This document shows positions 1 to 6,900 of a stretch of 64,000 bases of DNA, in pieces. The DNA comes from an uncultured Gemmatimonadales bacterium. GTDB taxonomy: Bacteria > Gemmatimonadota > Gemmatimonadetes > Longimicrobiales > Longimicrobiaceae. The notes beneath the pieces are model-generated. The model did no database searches. It saw nothing but the letters and a program-made list of their open reading frames with translations, and was not told where the DNA came from. The stretch spans positions 5,344,001-5,408,000 of the forward strand of contig OY970303.1 in NCBI GenBank assembly GCA_963716255.1, given 5' to 3'. The translations under genes were made by a program, and so were the position numbers. Position 1 is the stretch's first letter. Every line of letters begins with the position of its first letter.

Positions 1-1599
1 GGCCGGCAGTGGGGCGTCCAGGCCGTGGCGGACGGGGCTGCCGCGCTGGAAGCCGTCCGGCAGCGCGTGCCGGACCTGGTGCTTTCCGACGTGATGATGC
101 CGGGACTCGACGGGTTCGGGCTTCTCCGGGAGCTCCGCGCGGATCCCCGCACCCGCGAGATCCCCGTCCTCCTCCTCTCGGCGCGCGCGGGGGAGGAGTC
201 GCGGATCGAGGGGATCGAGGCCGGCGCGGACGACTACCTGGTCAAGCCCTTCTCCGCCCGGGAGGTGGTCGCCAAGGTCGGCGCCCAGCTCGAGCTGGCG
301 CGAGTGCGCGGGGAGGCGGCGGAGCGGGAGCGGACGCTGCGCGAGACAGCCGAGCGGGCGCGCGTCGAAGCCGAAGGCGCGGAGGCGCGGCTCCGCGAGA
401 TCTTCACGAGGGCGCCGGCGATCATCGCCACGCTCCGCGGCCCGGCATACGTCTTCGAGAGTGCCAATCCCCTCTACCTCCAGTTCGTCGGCAGGACCGA
501 GATCCTGGGCAAGCCGCTCGCCGAGGTGCTCCCCGAGGTGGTGGAGCAGGGCTTCGCCGAGCTGCTGGACAGGGTCTACCGCACGGGCGAGGCTTTCGTC
601 GCCGACGAGATGTCCATCCTCCTCGACCGCCGCGGGGACGGGACGATGGACGAGGTGTTCATGACCTTCGTCTACCAGCCCCTCTTCGATCCGGACGGCT
701 CCGTCTCCGGCACCCTCGTCCACGGGGTGGACGTGACCGAGCAGGTCCGGGCGCGCCAGCAGGTGGAGCAGCAGGCGGTGGAGCTGGAGGAGCTCCAGGC
801 GGAAACGGAAGCGATCAACGAGGAGCTCCAGCAGGCGAACGAGGAGCTGAGCGAGAAGACGCGGGAGGCGGAGGAGGCGAACCAGGCAAAGAGCGAGTTC
901 CTGGCCAGCATGAGCCACGAGCTCCGTACGCCGCTCAACGCGATCGCCGGCTACCTGGACCTGGTGAGCCTGGGGATCCACGGTCCCGTGACGGATGCCC
1001 AGCACGCGGCGCTGGGGCGGATCAAGCGCAACCAGGAGGTCCTGCTCTCGCTGATCAACGACGTGATCAACTTCGCCAAGCTGGAAGCGGGGCGGCTGGA
1101 GATCGAATGCACCGAGGTCCCCGTGGGACGGCTCCTGGAAGCGATGGAGCCGCTGATCGCCCCGCAGGTACACGCCAGGGAGCTCGTGTACCGGTGCGAG
1201 CCGTGCGCGCCGGGACTGGCGGCCCTCGGCGACCCGGAGCGGATCCAGCAGGTCCTGATCAACCTGCTCGCCAACGCGGTGAAGTTCACCCGGCCCGGGG
1301 GACGGGTGACCCTCGGCGCCGTCGACCAGGACGGCGTGGTGCACGTGCACGTGACGGACACCGGCCGCGGCATCCCGGCCGAGAAGCTGGAAACCATCTT
1401 CGACCCGTTCGTGCAGGTGGACCGCCGTGCGGGCCTCGTCGAGGACAGCCAGCAGGGGGTGGGCCTGGGGCTGGCGATCAGCCGCGAGCTCGCCCGCGCC
1501 ATGGACGGAGAACTGACCGTCGAGAGCACGCCCGGGGTGGGCTCCACCTTCACGCTCACCCTGCCGCGCGTGCGGGCCGTGGAGGGGAATGGCGAGTGA
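1..1599 (+). CDS. Hybrid sensor histidine kinase (REC-PAS-HisKA-HATPase), 5' end outside window
   Basis: Frame open from base 1; receiver motif LVLSDVMMPGLDG...DDYLVKPF; PAS-like segment; H-box SMSHELRTPL; N-box NLLANAVKFT; G-boxes DTGRGI and GVGLGL. Confidence 0.93.
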   Translation, partial: GRQWGVQAVADGAAALEAVRQRVPDLVLSDVMMPGLDGFGLLRELRADPRTREIPVLLLSARAGEESRIEGIEAGADDYLVKPFSAREVVAKVGAQLELARVRGEAAERERTLRETAERARVEAEGAEARLREIFTRAPAIIATLRGPAYVFESANPLYLQFVGRTEILGKPLAEVLPEVVEQGFAELLDRVYRTGEAFVADEMSILLDRRGDGTMDEVFMTFVYQPLFDPDGSVSGTLVHGVDVTEQVRARQQVEQQAVELEELQAETEAINEELQQANEELSEKTREAEEANQAKSEFLASMSHELRTPLNAIAGYLDLVSLGIHGPVTDAQHAALGRIKRNQEVLLSLINDVINFAKLEAGRLEIECTEVPVGRLLEAMEPLIAPQVHARELVYRCEPCAPGLAALGDPERIQQVLINLLANAVKFTRPGGRVTLGAVDQDGVVHVHVTDTGRGIPAEKLETIFDPFVQVDRRAGLVEDSQQGVGLGLAISRELARAMDGELTVESTPGVGSTFTLTLPRVRAVEGNGE

Positions 1600-1705
1600 C
1601 GGGATCCGTGGCGCGGTCCGGGAGGCGGCGATGCGCCGGCCGGACGATGTCCGGATCGCGACCCCGCCGGACTCGCGGGACCCAGGGGATGCCGCGCTCC
1701 GATAC

Positions 1706-1735
1706 TTGACACGGATCGACGGGTCCGGTTACGCT
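1706..1735 (+). promoter_or_regulatory. Putative sigma70 promoter of the halogenase gene
   Basis: TTGACA (1706-1711), 18-nt spacer, TACGCT (1730-1735), standing out in very GC-rich intergenic DNA. Confidence 0.6.
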
Positions 1736-2069
1736 AGATCATTGCCCATCGTGTCCTGAAGCGGACGGACCACACCCGCCACGCCCGGACCCAAACCTCG
1801 TCTGCCCGGGGCCGCGGGGGATATCCCGCCGGCCTCATCATCCCGAACGCCGCCCGCCGACCCCGGTCCAACAGGTCTTCCGCCACCAGAGCGTCAGCCG
1901 GCGCCGCATCCTGCCTGTCCTGTCGCACCAGGCAACCGCAGGACGGTCCTCGATCGGCCGCACGTCGCCGATGTCCGACGCCGACCGGCGCGAGAACCAA
2001 CCGGGAATTCCGTGTCGCGTGCGCGACGAGTGAAGATCCGGTCTCAGCCCCCAACCCTCCCGGAGAAAC

Positions 2070-3641
2070 ATGAAACTGCTGATCGTCGGTGGCGGAACCG
2101 CCGGCTGGATGACCGCGTCGTACCTTTCCAAGGCGTTCACGGACGTGGACATCACGCTCGTCGAGTCGGGGGTGGTGAAGACCGTCGGCGTGGGCGAGGC
2201 CACGTTCAGCACGCTGAAGCTCTTCTTCGACTTCCTCGACCTGCGCGAGAGCGACTGGATGCCGCACTGCAGCGCGGGCTACAAGCTGGCGATCCGCTTC
2301 CAGAACTGGACCAAGGCGAAGACCCACTTCTACCACCCGTTCCAGCGCTACGAGACGGCCGGCGGAATGACGGCGGCGGAGTGGTGGCTGAAGCTGCGGA
2401 ACGGGGAGCCGTTCGACTATTCCTGCTTCGTGACCCCGCACATCTGCGACGCGATGCGCTCGCCCCGCTTCCTGGACGGGACCGTCTACGACGAGGACGT
2501 CCAGGAATACTTCGACGACGGAAAGCCCGTCCCCAACGCGATCATCGTCGGCCACAAGGTCCAGTACCCCTACGCCTACCACTTCAACGCCGCGGAGCTC
2601 GCGCTGTACCTGCAGGGCTACGCGACCGACCGCGGCGTGAAGCGGATCGTCGACGACGTGACGGAGGTCGCCCTGGACGAGCAGGGCAACATCGCGGGCG
2701 TGCACACGAAGGAGAGCGGCTTCCTCTCGGCGGACCTGTACGTCGACTGCACCGGTTTCCGCGGGCTGCTCATCAACAAGACGCTGAACGAGCCGTTCAT
2801 CAGCTTCAACGACACGCTGCTCAACGACAGCGCGATCGCCATCCAGGTGCCCAAGGACGTCGAGAAGGTGGGGATGAAGCCGTACACCACCGCGCACGCG
2901 CTGAACGCGGGGTGGTCGTGGAACATCCCGCTCTACGGGCGCGACGGCACCGGCTACGTCTACTGCAGCCAGTTCGCCAGCCCGGACGAGGCCGAGCGCG
3001 AGTTCCGGGAGTTCCTGGGGCCCGACGCAAAGGACTGCGCGGCCAACCACATCAAGATGCGCATCGGCCGCAGCCGCGACTCGTGGGTGAAGAACTGCGT
3101 GGCCATCGGCCTTTCCAGCGGGTTCGTGGAGCCGCTGGAGTCCACGGGGATCTTCTTCATCCAGCACGGGATCGAGGAGCTGGTGAACCACTTCCCGCGG
3201 GAAGCGCAGGTCGACCCGAACATGGCCCGCAGCTACAACCAGACGATCAACCAGTGCATCGACGGTGTGCGGCAGTTCCTCACGATCCACTACTGCGCGG
3301 GCGATCGTGACGACACGCCGTACTGGGTCGCCGCGAGGAACGTCCCGTTGCCGGAGGAGCTCGCGGAGCGCATGCGGATCTGGAAGGCCCGGCTCCCCGG
3401 CATCCGGAACATCTACCCGTCGTTCCACGGCTTCGAGGCGTACTCGTGGTCGGTGATGCTGCTGGGGCTCAACTACGAGCCCGACACCTACCTCGCCGCC
3501 CTGGACTACCTGGACGAGGGCCAGGCGAAGGAGATGTTCGCGCAGATCCGCAGGAAGGCGGAGTTCCTGGTGAGCTCGCTTCCCAGCCAGTACGAGTACC
3601 TGACCCACCTCCGGCAGGAGCGCTCCGGCCTCGCCGTGTGA
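2070..3641 (+). CDS. Flavin-dependent tryptophan halogenase (PyrH/SttH-like)
   Basis: GGGTAGW FAD motif, GVGEATFST, catalytic Lys in GYKLAIRF, WSWNIP (WxWxIP), FVEPLESTGIFFIQH, YPYAYHF; GGAGA RBS upstream. Confidence 0.95.
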   Translation: MKLLIVGGGTAGWMTASYLSKAFTDVDITLVESGVVKTVGVGEATFSTLKLFFDFLDLRESDWMPHCSAGYKLAIRFQNWTKAKTHFYHPFQRYETAGGMTAAEWWLKLRNGEPFDYSCFVTPHICDAMRSPRFLDGTVYDEDVQEYFDDGKPVPNAIIVGHKVQYPYAYHFNAAELALYLQGYATDRGVKRIVDDVTEVALDEQGNIAGVHTKESGFLSADLYVDCTGFRGLLINKTLNEPFISFNDTLLNDSAIAIQVPKDVEKVGMKPYTTAHALNAGWSWNIPLYGRDGTGYVYCSQFASPDEAEREFREFLGPDAKDCAANHIKMRIGRSRDSWVKNCVAIGLSSGFVEPLESTGIFFIQHGIEELVNHFPREAQVDPNMARSYNQTINQCIDGVRQFLTIHYCAGDRDDTPYWVAARNVPLPEELAERMRIWKARLPGIRNIYPSFHGFEAYSWSVMLLGLNYEPDTYLAALDYLDEGQAKEMFAQIRRKAEFLVSSLPSQYEYLTHLRQERSGLAV

Positions 3642-3679
3642 GCCGCCGCCGGCGAGGTCGCCGGAGCAGGTGCTGGACG

Positions 3680-3717
3680 AAAACGAGCCCCGGCGGGTCC
3701 GACCCGGCCGGGGCTCG
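3680..3717. terminator. Intrinsic terminator-like hairpin after the halogenase
   Basis: CGAGCCCCGGC...GCCGGGGCTCG stem preceded by AAAA (U-tract on the - strand), between convergent genes. Confidence 0.6.
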
Positions 3718-3733
3718 ACGTTCATGCCGTGTA

Positions 3734-3946
3734 GTTCTCCCCCTTTCCCCCGCTTGCGGGGGAGAGGGGGCCGGGGGGTGAGGGGGCCCACCCTCGCGGA
3801 CGCCAGCGCGAAACCCGCGTGAGGGATTCCGGCCCGAAGGGGCGAGACCCGGCGGCTGTTTGCCGGGGCTCGACTCCGTTAGCCCGCGTCGTTTGCGGGC
3901 TTACGGAGCCGAAGCCCGACCCCGGCGCCAGCCGGGGGCACGCCCA
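3734..3946. repeat. Structured dispersed repeat, copy 1 (G-rich palindrome plus ~130-nt multibranched core 3817-3945)
   Basis: 213 nt, colinear with 36818-37030 and with the inverted copy at 36395-36606. Confidence 0.92.
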
Positions 3947-3964
3947 ACCCTGCAGTTCAATGCT

Positions 3965-6900
3965 TCAGAACCGCCGCTGCCACTGGAGGAACGCCCCGAA
4001 CACGTTGGCGGTGGCCGGCGACTGGTCCACGGTCAGCGAGGGCTGCTGCGACAGGTAGCGGGGCTCCCAGCTCGTCACCCACTGGAACCCGGTGAGCGTC
4101 CGGTACTCGACGCGCACGCCCGGGAAGACGGCCGCCGTGCGCCCCTGCCCGGCGACGAACCAGCGGCTGCTCAGGTAGCGCCCCGCCTCGAACTGCGCCC
4201 CGCGGAACACGTTGAAGTAGCCCTGCAGGGCCAGCTCCGGCGGGAGCGGGGCGGGGGTGACGTTGAACACGTCCAGGTTGAGCGAGCGGCGCGCCTGCTG
4301 CTCGATCTGGTCCACCACGGTGCCCACCGCCGTGGCGCCCAGCTGCTGCGTGGCGAGCGCCCCCACGGAGCCCAGCAGGGCGCCGCCGCCGCCGGAGCCC
4401 CCGCTCAGGCTCCCGCCCGCCTGGGGCTGCAGGAGCGAGGTGGTGGACTCGCCGAAGGCGAAGTAGCTGAGCAGGTCCGATTCGGAGATTGGCGGCTGCG
4501 CGTTGCTCTGCAGCGTGAGGCGGGGCGTCTGCAGGGTGCCGCCCACCAGGAGCTGGATGGCGAAGGCGGGGCGGTTGGCGAGCCTGACCTCCTGCTCGGC
4601 CTTGAGCTGGAGGACGGGGTTGATGGGGGACTGGCCCAGGAAGAGCACGGAGCCCTGCGTCAGGCGGATGCGTCGCCCGGCGAAGGTGTACTCGCCGCGC
4701 TCGGTGTTGACGGTCCCCCGCAGCGCGAGCGCCTGCGTCGCGCGGTCCATGCTGACGGTGAGGGCCCCGGTCTCCGCCGGGGTGTAGATCTGCACGTTCG
4801 CCTGCGTGTTGCGCACCCAGGTGTCGGGGGCGATGGACACGTCCACGTCCACGCGCAGGTTGGCCAGGAGCGGGTTCTGCACGGGAAGCACCCGCAGCGC
4901 CGCGGTGTCGCCCAGCGCGGTCACGGAGGGCGCGTCGATGTCGATGCGCTCCGGCACGCCGGTCTCGGGGGCGTATATCACGCCGCGCCGCACCCGCAGC
5001 GCCCCGGTGACGCGGGCGGCGGTCCAGGGGCCGTCCAGCGCCAGGTCCGCGTCCGCCTCCACCTTGCCCATCTCGTTGTCCAGCACCCGCGCGTCGCGGG
5101 CGCTGAGCTCCAGGTCGAAGCCGGGCTGCGTGAGCGTGGCGAGGTCCAGCCCGCCCGCGACGCGGATGGTGCCGCGGCGGCTGCGGGCGGTGAGCGAGTC
5201 CACCACGGCGGTGTCGCCGGCCACCCGCACCGTGCCGGCGACGTCGCGCAGGTCCACCCCCGGCTGCACCAGCCGCAGCGACCCCAGGTCCAGGTTCACC
5301 ACGCCGCGGACGTCGGGGTCCGCCCGGGTCCCGCGCACGGCGAGCGAGCCCACCAGGCGCCCGCGCACGTCCGACACGGCGGTGGTGAAGCTGGGGAGCG
5401 CTTCCAGCGGCAGGCTGTCGGCGCGGACGTCCAGAACCAGCGGGGCGTCGGCGGCGAAGCGGGGCCCTTCCACCCCGGAGAGCGCCAGGTTCACGGGAAG
5501 GCGGCCGTCGGCGGTGAGGAGGACGCGCCCGCCCTGCGCGAGCTCGGCGTCGCCGCGCAGCACGCGGTCGGCGTAGGCGAAGCGCGCCCGGGCGTCGGGG
5601 ACGCGGACCGTGTCCACCACCGCCTCCACCAGACCGGCGGTCCCGGAGATCACCGGGTTCCGGCCGGTGCCGCGGAGCTGCGCGTCCAGGGAAAGGAGGC
5701 CGCGCACCCGGAGCGAGTCCTGCACCAGCGCGAGCACGTCGCCCACCTGGAGGCGGTCCACCGCCAGGCGCAGGTCCGCCGGCCCCTCGGTGGGGAGGCG
5801 GCCGTCGGCGTAGATGCGCCCGCCGTCGCCGCTCAGCAGCTCCACGTCCCGCACCTCAACCCCGCTCCCGGCCCAGCTCACGGCGCCGGGGTGGGGCGCG
5901 CGCCAGGTGGTGGTGTCGAAGCGCAGGGCGAGCTCGGAGTAGCGCACCTCGCTGCGCTCCGGCGACAGCGCGAAGGCGGCGGTGGCGCGGTAGTCGCGCC
6001 GCGGGTCCTGCCGCACCCGCAGGTCGACGGTGCCGTTCCCCGCCGCGCGGCTCCCGGCGTAGCGCACCCGCGCGCCCACGCTGTCCAGGTCGAAGCCGGC
6101 CGCCCGCACCCGGTCCAGCTGCGCGTCCAGCGACAGGTCGGAGCGCGGGGTGGGCGCGTTCAGCCAGGTGTACGCCACCCGCCCGCTGCCCACGGAGCTC
6201 CCGAAGGCGACCAGCTCGCGCATGGCCGCCGTGCCGCGCAGGTCGAAGCGCTCGACGTTGCCGGCCAGCGTCCCGGACGCCTCCAGGCTCCCCGACAGCG
6301 AGTCGCGGGCGATGGCCTGCGCGGTGTCCACCTGCAGGCGGGGCTCCGCCGGCAGGCCGGTGGCGGCGCGCTCCACCTCGGTCGCACGGGCCACGCGCAG
6401 CGAGTCCGCGCGCGCCTGCTCGACGGCGCGCGCGATGCCGGCGGGGCGGGGGCGGACCCGGGCGGTGTCGGCGGGGACCAGGCCTGCGAAGCGGGCGAGG
6501 GTGTCCACCCGCACGCGGTAGGCAAGCGTCCCGCTGCGCCCCGCCACCAGCCCGAAGCTCCCCTGCGCCTCGGCCAGCGCCGAGCCCAGCCGCACCGTGC
6601 CGCGCTCCACGCTGGCGAGCCCGCCCGCCAGGCGCGCGAGGAGGCGCACCTCGTCCACGTCGGTGGTTCCCACCCGCGCGCCCGCGAGGTCGGCCGCGAG
6701 CGTCGCGCTCAGGGTGGCGGGGTCGGTGCCGCGCCCCACGGCGGAGGCGGTTCCGTTGAGCCGCGTGGCCGGGGCGCGGAGCGTCACCGCGTTCGCGTCG
6801 AACTCCGCGAAGCGCGCCCGCACGTCGTACGACCGGGCGGGGCTCGCCAGGTCCAGGCGGCCGTCCGCGTCCACCCGGCCGCCCTGCTCCACCGCCAGCC

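Noticed and set aside
1600..2069. RiPP precursor or leader peptide for the halogenase
   Set aside because: No short ORF with an RBS or Trp-containing core, and the enzyme resembles free-Trp halogenases.
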